A stretch of 64,000 nt of DNA, taken from contig OY821645.1 in NCBI GenBank assembly GCA_963682135.1, forward strand, positions 992,001-1,056,000, written 5' to 3'. The stretch comes from Methanothrix sp. GTDB taxonomy: Archaea > Halobacteriota > Methanosarcinia > Methanotrichales > Methanotrichaceae. The position numbers and the translations under genes were made by a program. The notes under the pieces are model-generated. The model saw only the letters and a program-made list of their open reading frames with translations, did not search any database and had not been told where the DNA came from. Positions 1-9,116 of this stretch are shown here, in pieces (position 1 is the stretch's first letter; every line of letters starts with the position of its first letter).

Positions 1-369
1 ATTGTGGACTTATTGCGCGGCAGGGAAAGAGCGCTGCAGATGCTCTACCGTCTTGAGGAGGGCGGCGAATCGGTCTGCACTACGTCAATAAATGTCCTGG
101 AGCTTTACAGAGGCGTTTTCCTTTCAGAAAGGGTGGACGAGAACTTGAGAGCCCTAATCGCATTACTTGATCAGCTTTTGGTGCTGGACTTGAATGAAGA
201 CGCCTATGAGATCTTCGCAGCCCTCTCCGTCTGGCTTAGATCTTCTGGAAAACCGGTGGGTGATCTTGATGAGGCTATAGCCGCTATTGCCCTGGCTTAT
301 GGCGGCGGCATTGTAAGCCAAGACCAGCATTTTTTGCGAGTTCCTGGACTGAAGGTAATGGAGTATTGA
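1..369 (+). CDS. vapC: PIN-domain VapC-family toxin, 5'-truncated by the window edge
   Basis: Frame is open from base 1 (IVDLLRG); PIN acidic pattern in TTSINVLELYRG, KPVGDLDEAIAAIAL and SQDQHFLRVPGL. Confidence 0.85.
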   Translation: MVDLLRGRERALQMLYRLEEGGESVCTTSINVLELYRGVFLSERVDENLRALIALLDQLLVLDLNEDAYEIFAALSVWLRSSGKPVGDLDEAIAAIALAYGGGIVSQDQHFLRVPGLKVMEY

Positions 370-473
370 GGATTGGATTGTCCTAGGGCAGAGGATGGAA
401 CAGGTCATCCCCCAGATTGATGGCCAGCCATTCCATTGACGTGTCTTTGGAGCCAGCTGCCGTTGTCCAATAG
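365..473 (+). pseudogene. C-terminal remnant of a HicB-like antitoxin (frameshifted)
   Basis: Hand translation: IEDWIVLGQRMEQVIPQIDGQ, then after a frameshift IDVSLEPAAVVQ*; resembles the HicB tail LEDWI..L..G.PIP.IDG; N-terminus missing. Confidence 0.55.
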
Positions 474-549
474 ACTTCTTCCGATATCCCGGAGCGAGTT
501 GATCCGGCGGCTGGATGGACTGGGATTTTAGTGATTCAGGAAGCATGAG
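463..549 (+). pseudogene. N-terminal remnant of a HicA-like toxin
   Basis: TTG at 463 overlaps the hicB remnant stop; reads (M)SNRLLPISRSELIRRLDGLGF**FRKHE, a HicA-like start with two in-frame stops before the KH motif. Confidence 0.55.
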
Positions 550-688
550 ACCAGATTTCTGGATCTGCATCGACATTTGGCTAAACCAAAATCGTCAAAT
601 AGTAATATCCGCATTTGAATTTGGGTTTCAGAGGCTGTATGCCATATACCTGTAAGCGCTTACAACTCGGACCCAGGACCGAATAAAG

Positions 689-1249
689 ATGATATGCCAC
701 AAGTTCCTGCTATGCATAACAGTCATTGCCTTTTTGCTGGCGCAAACAGACGCAAAGCCGATTGACCCGCTCGATCCCAGCAAACTGGGTGAATCCATGT
801 CCATACCATCGTCCCGAGAAACCAATAACGTGAATGTAACAGGTATCTGGTCCTTTGATCTCATGGGCAAAACCACTGAGAAGATGAGACTGTATCTGAT
901 CCAGAACGAAGATGCGATCGCTGGTCATGGAGCTGTAATTAGTGGAAATAAAACAGAGAAAGCCACAGCCAGCGGCTCAATATCCGGAGAGCTGATTAGC
1001 TTGAACGTAAAGCCGGAGGGTGTTTCGAACCTGTACAGGCTCAATCTGTCATTATCCTCACTGGCGGCAGGAACCTTTACAGCCTGCATGGCCGATGGCA
1101 GCAGCCGGTCAGGCAAAGTCACATTCGCGGTTTCCGCGAATATTTTCAAGTCTGCAACCGATGCAGAAGATGAAACAGTTGCAGATGCGGACATGGCTGC
1201 AGCGACGCCCGCCTGGCTTTCGGAAACCGGGGCCGAGCAAGAGCTTTAG
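689..1249 (+). CDS. Secreted hypothetical protein
   Basis: 186-aa ORF, hydrophobic N-terminal signal peptide, beta-rich core, acidic tail. Confidence 0.7.
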   Translation: MICHKFLLCITVIAFLLAQTDAKPIDPLDPSKLGESMSIPSSRETNNVNVTGIWSFDLMGKTTEKMRLYLIQNEDAIAGHGAVISGNKTEKATASGSISGELISLNVKPEGVSNLYRLNLSLSSLAAGTFTACMADGSSRSGKVTFAVSANIFKSATDAEDETVADADMAAATPAWLSETGAEQEL

Positions 1250-1281
1250 ATCTGCCACATCTGCCAAGATGCGGATCTATT

Positions 1282-1611
1282 TTATCCACTTGGCCACCTT
1301 TGCGACTCCAACTCCCACAGCGCCATCTCCGTTAGCGCCCTTCTTTCGGCCAGCCGCTCTTCTCCCGCAGCTATCCGCTCCAGCCTCTCTCGGACCATCC
1401 GCTCCGTCTCCGCAGGCGCAGGCCCGCCCGTGTTGGCTCGCAGGGCGACATTGATTCGTGGGTCCAGCGCCCGTGTCAGGTCCGCTTCGCAAAAGCCGCG
1501 CTCGCTGGCTCTGAAGCCTGCCAACTCCAGTGCAATCTCATCCAGCTCGGCCAGGCCCGGCCTTTTGCCCGAGGCGGCAATGCGACCCACGATGCTGTGC
1601 GCTGTACGAAA
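1282..1611 (-). pseudogene. argH: Diverged duplicate of the argH 3' end
   Basis: 1307-1611 aligns without gaps to 2219-2523 (offset 912); 82 of 101 codons give identical residues (hand count); no 5' part. Confidence 0.9.
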
Positions 1612-1658
1612 ATATATGCCGATAAGCCTATAAATTAGTATTAACTAATGAGAAGGAT

Positions 1659-2003
1659 ATGGGTGCGGATGTTGGCATCGTTGGCAGCATAGGCAAAGTG
1701 GTTGGCGCCAAACTTACACCAAATGAGATCGGCCAAATCAATAAACTTGTTGAAGCTGGTTTCTACCTTAATCCCTCCGACTTCATTCGTGAAGCTGTCC
1801 GGGAAAAGCTATCGGCAATTAAGGTCATTGAATATCGCGATATAGACTATGAAACTGCAAAAAAAGAAGTTGCAGGCTATTTCAAAATGAAGGGAGAAGC
1901 TTACGCCTCCGATGCCAGCCAGGATCTAGAGCTTGATTATGAGCTAGTATGCAAGATAATGGATGATCTGGAGAAAGAAGGCCAAATGGAGGCTGCATTG
2001 TGA
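1659..2003 (+). CDS. Ribbon-helix-helix (CopG/Arc/MetJ-like) protein, putative antitoxin/regulator
   Basis: VGAKLTPNEIGQINKLVEAGFYLNPSDFIREAVREKL RHH pattern plus a C-terminal HTH-like segment; TATAAA at 1629-1634. Confidence 0.75.
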   Translation: MGADVGIVGSIGKVVGAKLTPNEIGQINKLVEAGFYLNPSDFIREAVREKLSAIKVIEYRDIDYETAKKEVAGYFKMKGEAYASDASQDLELDYELVCKIMDDLEKEGQMEAAL

Positions 2004-2179
2004 AGGGGCTTGAGGTCGGCGACTCCCTACATGGTCACAGGATCATAGCCGAGGCCAGAAAAGTCAGCGATCCTGTAGTAATTGTCAAGAGCGGCAGGCA
2101 CAAAGCACAGAGGATAGTGCTGACGGAAAACGCCCTGGCGATAATTGATAGAAAGGGCCGTTGGTGCGGCCAACCTTAG
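2000..2179 (+). pseudogene. Short, possibly chimeric ORF (59 aa) coupled to the RHH gene; possible scar of a PemK/MazF toxin
   Basis: GTG overlaps the upstream TGA; begins MKGLEVGD (PemK-like start), then unrelated sequence (IAEARKVSDPVVIVKSGR). Confidence 0.3.
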
Positions 2180-2205
2180 CAAAAAAAGGTTTTGATTCTC
2201 TTTAG

Positions 2206-3645
2206 CTATCTCTCCGCCCCCAGCTCTTCCAGCGCCTTCTCCACCCGGCCTCGCCTCCCGGCCAGCCGCTCTTCTCCCGCAGCTATCCGCACCAGCCTGT
2301 CCCTGATCATCCGCCCCGTCTCCACTGTTGCAGGCCCGCCTGTGTTGGCCCGCAGGGCGACATTGCTTCTTGGGTCCAGTGCCCGTGTCAGGTCCGCTTT
2401 GCAAAAGCCCCGCTCGCTGGCCCTGAAGCCTGCCAAATCCAGAGAGATCCCGTCCAGCTCGGCGAGATCCGGCCTTTTGCCCGAGGCGGCAATGCGGCCC
2501 ACAATGCGGTGGGCTGTGCGAAAGGGCATGCCGGTGATGCGCACCAGTGAGTCGGCGATCTCCGTGGCTGTGGAAAATCCCACCCCTGAACTCGTCTCCA
2601 ATCGCCCCAGATTGAACTTGAGAGAGGAGACACAGCCATCCAGGATGCGCACCGTGCTTCTCGCCCAATCCAGGGCCCTCCAGAGATGGGGCGTGACCTC
2701 CTGCAGGTCGCGGTTATAGCTCATGGGCAGGCCCTTGCAGATGGAAAGCGCAGCCATGAGGCTTCCCAGAACCGACCCTGTCTTGCCCCTGGCAAGCTCA
2801 GCCGTATCCGGATTCTTCTTCTGGGGCATGATGGAGCTGGTAGAGGCGTAGAGGTTGTCCAATTCCAGGTAGCCGAACTCTGAAGTGGACCAGAGCACCA
2901 GCTCCTCAGCCAGGCGGCTGGCGTTGACCATCAAGATGGATAAGCTCGCTAGCACCTCCAGGATGAAATCGCGGCTGGACACGGCGTCCATGCTGTTTTC
3001 CACCAGGCCGTCAAAGCCTAAAAGCCGGCAGGTCATCTGCCGGTCGATCTTAAAGCCGGTGGAGGCGAAGGCTGCGGCGCCCAGTGGGCTCTGATTTACC
3101 CGGCGGTAGGCATCCTCCAAACGGGAGAGGTCCCGCCCAAGAGCATCGGCGTGGGCCAGGAGATGATGGGCGAGCGTAGTGGGCTGAGCATGCTGGGTAT
3201 GAGTAAATCCGGGAATGATCGTCTCAGTATGCTTTTCTGCAAGTCTGACCAGCGTGCAGATTAATGATATCTGCTCGTCCATCAGGTCCAGCATCTCATT
3301 GCGCAGCGCCAGGCGAATGCAGGTGGCCACCTCATCATTCCTGGAGCGTCCTGTATGCATCCTGCCACCCTCGGGGCCTACATGCGCCAGGACATAAGCC
3401 TCAATGGCCTCATGCACATCCTCGCCTGCACCGAGCGACTGCGAGCCCCCTTCCATGAGATCGTCTAGAGCTGCCATAATCCGGGTGGATACCTCCCCTG
3501 AGATCAGGCCATTCTCCCTGAGCATTACCAGGTGGGCTTTGTCCACCAGCAGATCGGCCTCGAAGATGCGCTCGTCTGCCTCTCGGCTGGAAAGGTAGTC
3601 CAAGACATCCTGCCGGCTTTCTCCCAGACGTTGATCGCGAAACAT
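2206..3645 (-). CDS. argH: Argininosuccinate lyase
   Basis: HTGRSRND, PGFTHTQHAQP, SSIMPQKKNP signature, YNRDLQE. Confidence 0.97.
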   Translation of the reverse strand: MFRDQRLGESRQDVLDYLSSREADERIFEADLLVDKAHLVMLRENGLISGEVSTRIMAALDDLMEGGSQSLGAGEDVHEAIEAYVLAHVGPEGGRMHTGRSRNDEVATCIRLALRNEMLDLMDEQISLICTLVRLAEKHTETIIPGFTHTQHAQPTTLAHHLLAHADALGRDLSRLEDAYRRVNQSPLGAAAFASTGFKIDRQMTCRLLGFDGLVENSMDAVSSRDFILEVLASLSILMVNASRLAEELVLWSTSEFGYLELDNLYASTSSIMPQKKNPDTAELARGKTGSVLGSLMAALSICKGLPMSYNRDLQEVTPHLWRALDWARSTVRILDGCVSSLKFNLGRLETSSGVGFSTATEIADSLVRITGMPFRTAHRIVGRIAASGKRPDLAELDGISLDLAGFRASERGFCKADLTRALDPRSNVALRANTGGPATVETGRMIRDRLVRIAAGEERLAGRRGRVEKALEELGAER

Positions 3646-3655
3646 AATAGCTCAA

Positions 3656-4837
3656 TCAGGTTGTATAGTTGGCGTTTACATTCACATACTCATGGGTCAA
3701 GTCGCAACCAAAGCCGCGCGCACCGGCACTGCCAAGATCCAGGTCAATATTTATAGTAATAGTATCCCCTAGCATGATCTCTTTGGCCTGATCCAAGACG
3801 CCATCCACAATGCGGCCCTTTTCTACCAGCGAGACTCTGACGTCTGTCCCGTCGGGCCTTTTTCCTTCCAGGCCCAGTGTGATCTTTGCCGGGTCCATCT
3901 CTGCCCCAGAATATCCCACTGCACAGATGATGCGTCCCCAGTTAGGATCAGCGCCATAAACAGCCGTCTTGACCAGGCTGCTTCTGGCCACTGCTTTGGC
4001 AGCCAGCCGAGCATCTTCAATGCTGCGCGCGCCGCTAACAACGGTCTCAAAGTACTTGCTAGCTCCCTCTCCGTCCCGCGCCATCATGCGGGCCAGCTCC
4101 ATGCAGACGTACCTCAAGGCCAAACGAAAATCTGCCTCCCGGCACGAGACTTTTCCAGTAGACGTGAGGAGCACAGTATCATTGGTACTGGTATCCCCAT
4201 CCACGGTGAGCATATTGAAACTATCTTGCACGGCATCAGCCAGACAGTTGTGCAGGATTTCTGCAGGGAAATCAGCGTCCGTGTAAAGGAAGCAGAGCAT
4301 GGTAGCCACATTGGGCTCGATCATTCCTGCGCCCTTGACGATGCCGGCAACGTGCAGCCCCTCATGCTCCACTGCAATCTCTTTAACACGAGTGTCAGTG
4401 GTCATGATGGCCTGCTCTGCTTCCGTGCTCGCTTTCCCGTCGCTGCGCAGCCTCACTTTGGCCTGCTCGAAGAGCTCTGTGATGAGCGGCAGATCCATGT
4501 AACGGCCAATGACGCCTGTGGAAGCCACGCCGATCTTCCTTTCATCAGTCGCCAGAAAACCGGACAATAGCCGGGCCATGGCCCTGGCATCCTCCAGCCC
4601 CCGCGGACCGGTGTAAGCATTGGCGCAGCCGCTGTTAGCGATGATGCCGTCCAGATGGCCCCCGGCTGCGAGGTGTTCAGCTGTGACATCCAGCGGAGCT
4701 GCTCTCACCTTGTTAGTGGTGAACATGCCGGCCGCCGCTCCGGAAGCGGCGATCAGTGCCAGTCCGTATTTTCCCTGACGAACTCCGCAAGCTCGCACGC
4801 CGGGAACGGCGCAGATGCCGCCTTCAATTCTCTGCAT
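3656..4837 (-). CDS. argJ: Ornithine acetyltransferase / N-acetylglutamate synthase
   Basis: STGVIG, IMTTDT, KGAGMIEPN.ATML, DGDTSTND, RDGEGA, DPNWGRI, C-terminal NANYTT. Confidence 0.97.
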   Translation of the reverse strand: MQRIEGGICAVPGVRACGVRQGKYGLALIAASGAAAGMFTTNKVRAAPLDVTAEHLAAGGHLDGIIANSGCANAYTGPRGLEDARAMARLLSGFLATDERKIGVASTGVIGRYMDLPLITELFEQAKVRLRSDGKASTEAEQAIMTTDTRVKEIAVEHEGLHVAGIVKGAGMIEPNVATMLCFLYTDADFPAEILHNCLADAVQDSFNMLTVDGDTSTNDTVLLTSTGKVSCREADFRLALRYVCMELARMMARDGEGASKYFETVVSGARSIEDARLAAKAVARSSLVKTAVYGADPNWGRIICAVGYSGAEMDPAKITLGLEGKRPDGTDVRVSLVEKGRIVDGVLDQAKEIMLGDTITINIDLDLGSAGARGFGCDLTHEYVNVNANYTT

Positions 4838-5312
4838 GTTGCATCCCCAGGCCCGATATTATGTCACCCCGGGTCACTATGCCCACCAACCGTCCGTTCT
4901 CCACCACAGGCAGTCGGTTGATGCGATGGCGGGTCATAATGCTTGCCGCCTCCTCCACAGAGTCATCCGGTCCCACATCATGCAAATTCAGGCTCATGAT
5001 ATTGCCCACTTTCTTCTTGGGAATCTCCTCCAGATTGGCATGCATTCGTTCCCACTTTACCAGATCTCTGAATGGAATCTCGAAGACTTCGAATGGACTG
5101 GGAAGCCAGAGACTGCCTTCATCTTCATCCACAGATAAAAGGCGCAATAGGTCCGATTCCGATACCACGCCGACCAGCTTCTCTCCGTCCAGAACCGGCA
5201 TGCCGCTGATCTTATTCTCTCGCAAAAGTCGGGCCGCTTCGCTCACAGGAGCTTCCGCCTGGACGGTGACTGGCTTGACGTTCATAACATCTCTGACTTT
5301 CATTTTTTTCAC
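4824..5312 (-). CDS. CBS-domain pair protein
   Basis: Two CBS repeats (ISGMPVLD..LVGVVSESD; INRLPVV..LVGIVTRGD). Confidence 0.92.
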   Translation of the reverse strand: MKKMKVRDVMNVKPVTVQAEAPVSEAARLLRENKISGMPVLDGEKLVGVVSESDLLRLLSVDEDEGSLWLPSPFEVFEIPFRDLVKWERMHANLEEIPKKKVGNIMSLNLHDVGPDDSVEEAASIMTRHRINRLPVVENGRLVGIVTRGDIISGLGMQHAEN

Positions 5313-5331
5313 CTAGATTTTGCCTATTCGT

Positions 5332-6357
5332 TCAGGGTGCCATGCCTGGGAACCACAGTCCCGTCTTCTCATCGAGGCCAGCCATGAGGTTCATGTTCTG
5401 AATGGCCTGGCCGGATGCTCCCTTCACCAGGTTATCTATGGCAGATATGACCACCAATCGATCGCTATCCTTCTCCGGTTCAAAGCTTATGTCGCAGAAG
5501 TTGGAGCCGCGCACCGAAGACAGCTTGGGAACTGCGTCTGCCATGCGAACGAAGGAAGCGTTCTTGTAAAACTCGCGATAGATCGAAGCTACCTGGTTCT
5601 TATCCTGCAGCGTCTCCTCGGCACCCTTTCGGGCGAAGACATGAGCCGTGGTGAGGATGCCCCGCACAGAGGGGATGACGTGGGGAGTAAAGTTCACCTT
5701 TATGCCCGGAGAGAGACGGGATAGCTCCTGTTTGATCTCCGGGACGTGTCGGTGAGTTGTGAGCTTATAGGGGATAATATTTTGTGACATGTTGGGATAG
5801 TGGGAGGTCTCGGTGGGCTCCATTCCGGCGCCGGATATGCCAGATTTGGAGTCGTAGACCACTCGCTCCACCAGACCGGCCTTGGCCAGCGGGGCTACGG
5901 CCAGAGTGGCACCGGTGGGATAGCAGCCTGGATTGCCCACCAGCTTGGCTCGGGCTACCTCGGGATGAAGCTCCGTCAGTCCGAAGACTGCATCGCGGGG
6001 AGCACGATGCTTTGTGGCATAGGTCTTCTCGAAGACGTCTGTAGGCAGACGGTAGTCGGAAGACAGATCGATGACCCTTGTACCGGCATCAAGAAGCTGC
6101 GGCACCCAGTCCATGGCGGTGCCATGGGGAACGGCGGTAAAGACAATGTCGCAGCGCTCTGCAACCTCTTTGCCATTAAGCGCCTCAAAATTGAGAGAAT
6201 AGATGCTCTTTAAGTGAGGATGAACCGTTGTAACGCTCTTTCCTGCCAGCTTTCGAGAGGTAACTGCAACTACCTTAACCTCGGGATGATTTGCGAGGAG
6301 ACGCATGAGCTCCCCACCGGTGTAGCCCGAACCACCGACAATTCCTACATCTATCAT
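5332..6357 (-). CDS. argC: N-acetyl-gamma-glutamyl-phosphate reductase (start moved to ATG at 6357)
   Basis: GGSGYTGGEL, NPGCYPT, SGISGAG, IDNLVKGASGQAIQNMN. Confidence 0.97.
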   Translation of the reverse strand: MIDVGIVGGSGYTGGELMRLLANHPEVKVVAVTSRKLAGKSVTTVHPHLKSIYSLNFEALNGKEVAERCDIVFTAVPHGTAMDWVPQLLDAGTRVIDLSSDYRLPTDVFEKTYATKHRAPRDAVFGLTELHPEVARAKLVGNPGCYPTGATLAVAPLAKAGLVERVVYDSKSGISGAGMEPTETSHYPNMSQNIIPYKLTTHRHVPEIKQELSRLSPGIKVNFTPHVIPSVRGILTTAHVFARKGAEETLQDKNQVASIYREFYKNASFVRMADAVPKLSSVRGSNFCDISFEPEKDSDRLVVISAIDNLVKGASGQAIQNMNLMAGLDEKTGLWFPGMAP

Positions 6358-6397
6358 AAAATCTCTCACGAAGCTAATGATATAAATTCGCCACGCC

Positions 6398-7345
6398 CTA
6401 GCGGCAGAAGGTGGCAGAGAGCCGGCTGAGCCCTCGGGCCGCATCTTCAATTCTCTCCTTTCCCTCAAGAGCTGTCAGCCAGCTCTCCGGTATCCAGGAT
6501 GGTCCCAGGAAAGCTCCGAAAAGAGAGCCGGCAATGGATGCAATGGAATCGGTGTCGCCACCGCTGCTGGCTGCCATAATGAGCGCCTCTTTCGGTTCAA
6601 ACTTGAGGAAGCAGTAGAAGGCAGCAGGCACGCTCTCCATTGCCAGGGGCGAGTTTCTGATCAGGCCCAGTGCGTCCTCAGGCCGCAGGTCCATAAGCGA
6701 TCCAATCCAGAGAAGCCGTTCGGCAAATTCAGCATCCAGGCGGCTGGCCTGGGAAGCAGCATTCCTGAATACGATTTCCTTGGAAAAGCCGGCTGTAGAG
6801 AGGGCGACGCCCACCGCTACGGCTACCGCCCCAGCCCGAGAGGTGGCTAAGGTGTGGGTGGGCAGGCTCTGCAGATCGGCATAGCTCTTCACGATATTCA
6901 GATCGGTATGATAGAGAAGGCCGATGGGCGCAGCGCGCATGGCAGCGCCGCAGGTGGGAATGGCCAGGCCCGACTGCTGCCAGGCGGTTCCTGCGATCAT
7001 GCTCTCCACGGCAGAGCGGGTGGCAAATCCCACTCCCCGGTTGAGCCGTTCGTCCAGCGTCCAGGTCGCGCCCCAGGCAGCAAGCTTCTCGGCAAATCTG
7101 TCCGGCGAAAACCCGGAGGCTTCGATGATCGACTCAGCCAGGAGCAGCGTCTCTTCCGTGTCATCGGTGAACTGGCCGGCGAGAAGGCCGCTGTGAAAGT
7201 GGCCCTGCGGGGCCGCAAGCATCTCACTGATCGATCCGAATTTCTCTTTGATCTCCCGGGCAGTGTAGCCCTCGGTGGGCATTCCCAGGGCATCGCCCAC
7301 GGCCACGCCTAATAGACAGCCGCGGAAGCGGTCCAATAAATCCAT
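6398..7345 (-). CDS. ADP-ribosylglycohydrolase (DraG/ARH family)
   Basis: GDALGMPTE, FTDDT, GAAMRAAP, GGDTDSIA motifs. Confidence 0.93.
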   Translation of the reverse strand: MDLLDRFRGCLLGVAVGDALGMPTEGYTAREIKEKFGSISEMLAAPQGHFHSGLLAGQFTDDTEETLLLAESIIEASGFSPDRFAEKLAAWGATWTLDERLNRGVGFATRSAVESMIAGTAWQQSGLAIPTCGAAMRAAPIGLLYHTDLNIVKSYADLQSLPTHTLATSRAGAVAVAVGVALSTAGFSKEIVFRNAASQASRLDAEFAERLLWIGSLMDLRPEDALGLIRNSPLAMESVPAAFYCFLKFEPKEALIMAASSGGDTDSIASIAGSLFGAFLGPSWIPESWLTALEGKERIEDAARGLSRLSATFCR

Positions 7346-7401
7346 GTGCTGATGAGCGGCGGCCTCGGACTAATAACCATCGGAAGATACTTGCGGTATC
7401 G

Positions 7402-7495
7402 CTTTGTGGTTCAAATCCCGTAGTCCCCAGGGATGAATTATCATACAACGAACATAAACCACAAAGATCACAAAGCTCACAAAGGACGCACAAAG
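7402..7495. repeat. CACAAAG short tandem repeat (4 copies, 7460-7495) with an inverted copy at 7402-7411
   Basis: CACAAAG at 7460, 7469, 7478 and 7489; CTTTGTGGTT at 7402 is the reverse complement of AACCACAAAG at 7457. Confidence 0.75.
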
Positions 7496-7556
7496 TGCTT
7501 CACTTCAGTTCATTTGACCAAAGGATTATTGCAGCTCACTTCCAACCGAGTCTCTC

Positions 7557-8168
7557 ATGGACTCTCACCAAAATGCCTGGGACCAAGATTACGCCCGCCG
7601 GGGCCGCCTTTGGGGTGGTGGCGTTAAAGATTTGCCCGCCCTTCCCGAGGGCTCGTCTATCCTGGAGCTGGGCTGTGGCGACGGCAAGACGCTCTCGGCG
7701 CTGCCCGGCGACTGGAGTGTGGTCGGCCTGGACGTTTCCTCTCAGGCTCTGCGCCTAGCTCGCCGCGCTCGGGCTGATGCCGGCCTCATCCTGGCCGATG
7801 CCGGTTGCCTGCCCCTACGGGAGTGCTGCTTTGATGCAGTCTTCGCCTTTCATGTCTGCGGACATTTGCTTGCCGCTGACCGGCGCGCTCTCGCTTTCGA
7901 GGCTGCGCGCGTGCTTTCTCCTGGAGGGCAGCTCTTCTTTCGCGATTTTTGCGATCAGGATATGCGAGCCGGACAGGGCAGCGAGGTGGAGCCGGGAACG
8001 TTTCAGCGTGGCAGCGGCATTCTCACCCACTACTTCACAGAAAAAGAGGTGAAGGAGCTATTCTGCCGACTTCAGCCCCTCTCCACCGGCACTCACTGCT
8101 GGAAGATGCGCATAAAAGGAGAGGATCATCTGCGCGCCGAGGTGCAGGCGGTCTTTCTCAAGATCTGA
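7557..8168 (+). CDS. Class I SAM-dependent methyltransferase
   Basis: ILELGCGDG motif I, GLDVS, ADAGCLP, RVLSPGG. Confidence 0.92.
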   Translation: MDSHQNAWDQDYARRGRLWGGGVKDLPALPEGSSILELGCGDGKTLSALPGDWSVVGLDVSSQALRLARRARADAGLILADAGCLPLRECCFDAVFAFHVCGHLLAADRRALAFEAARVLSPGGQLFFRDFCDQDMRAGQGSEVEPGTFQRGSGILTHYFTEKEVKELFCRLQPLSTGTHCWKMRIKGEDHLRAEVQAVFLKI

Positions 8169-8628
8169 TGTCGGGGAACGAGAATCGTCCGGGCACGAAG
8201 TTGGTGGCGTCCGCTTCCTGGAGCTCCACCTCCTGAATGGTGTAGTCTGTATCATCGGTCTCGAAGACCATAGGAGGGAAGAGAACATGATTGTACACTG
8301 TTTCAAAATCCCCCGCGCTGGAATTCCAGCCGCTGCCAATGGTGAAATAGAGGCTATACTCCCCATCTTTTATGCCGTCAACCTCCAGGGCATCTTTAGT
8401 CCGCAGATAAACTGCAACCTTGGGCTTGTCCCACCTATCGGTAAGCACGGCTACGGTGTCCATGGTCCAGTTGTTGTAGATGACCAGCAATCCGTCCCCG
8501 CTGCGAATTGTATCGCGGATGATGGTGCCGGTCTCGGGGCGGGCGGCAGACTGGGCCGGGGTGATAGTTATACTAGATAATAGCATAAGAATTATGAGAC
8601 ACAGAATCTTTTTGCGCATAAGATCCAT
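8158..8628 (-). CDS. Secreted hypothetical protein
   Basis: Signal peptide (MRKKILCLIILMLL), beta-rich mature part. Confidence 0.7.
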   Translation of the reverse strand: MDLMRKKILCLIILMLLSSITITPAQSAARPETGTIIRDTIRSGDGLLVIYNNWTMDTVAVLTDRWDKPKVAVYLRTKDALEVDGIKDGEYSLYFTIGSGWNSSAGDFETVYNHVLFPPMVFETDDTDYTIQEVELQEADATNFVPGRFSFPDIRS

Positions 8629-9116
8629 TCCTCTGTCGTTGATACTACTTCCTGGTATTTATATTTTTGATCACACCCTTTGATAATCTGGCGTCAGCCC
8701 ACCTGCCTGCTCAACTGGCCTAGACTGTGACGTAAGGGACGCCCGGATCGACGTGAGGGGCCGTCAGAGTGGCTGGTTTGATGGGTTGGACGACGTGAGC
8801 GACATTTGGCGCCAAAAAGAGGACGCCAAGCTGCTCTAAATGCATTTCTCGACCAACCACCACCTCTGCGGTCCGCCGACGACAACCGCCGTTTCCTGCT
8901 CGTCTGTGGTCCCTGTCAGACTGGATATGAGAAGCGACGCTCTGCCACCATGTTGAAGGGACTCGGCCAGATCTACGATGAAATCGGTCAATGGTCCGCC
9001 GACCGCTCTTCCCTCGTTCAAGACATTGTCCATCTTTAGAGACTATTCAAAAAATAAGTAAATTCAACGAAAGATTTATATTTGATTGAAATATAACGAA
9101 TAACCGGTGAAGTTCT

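Noticed and set aside
1282-2523. argH duplicate as a diversity-generating retroelement template/variable-repeat pair
   Set aside because: Differences are not confined to adenines and no reverse transcriptase is present
8694-9039. Short ORFs in the gap before the TPR gene
   Set aside because: Possibly a decayed gene, but no recognisable motif, start context or consistent frame
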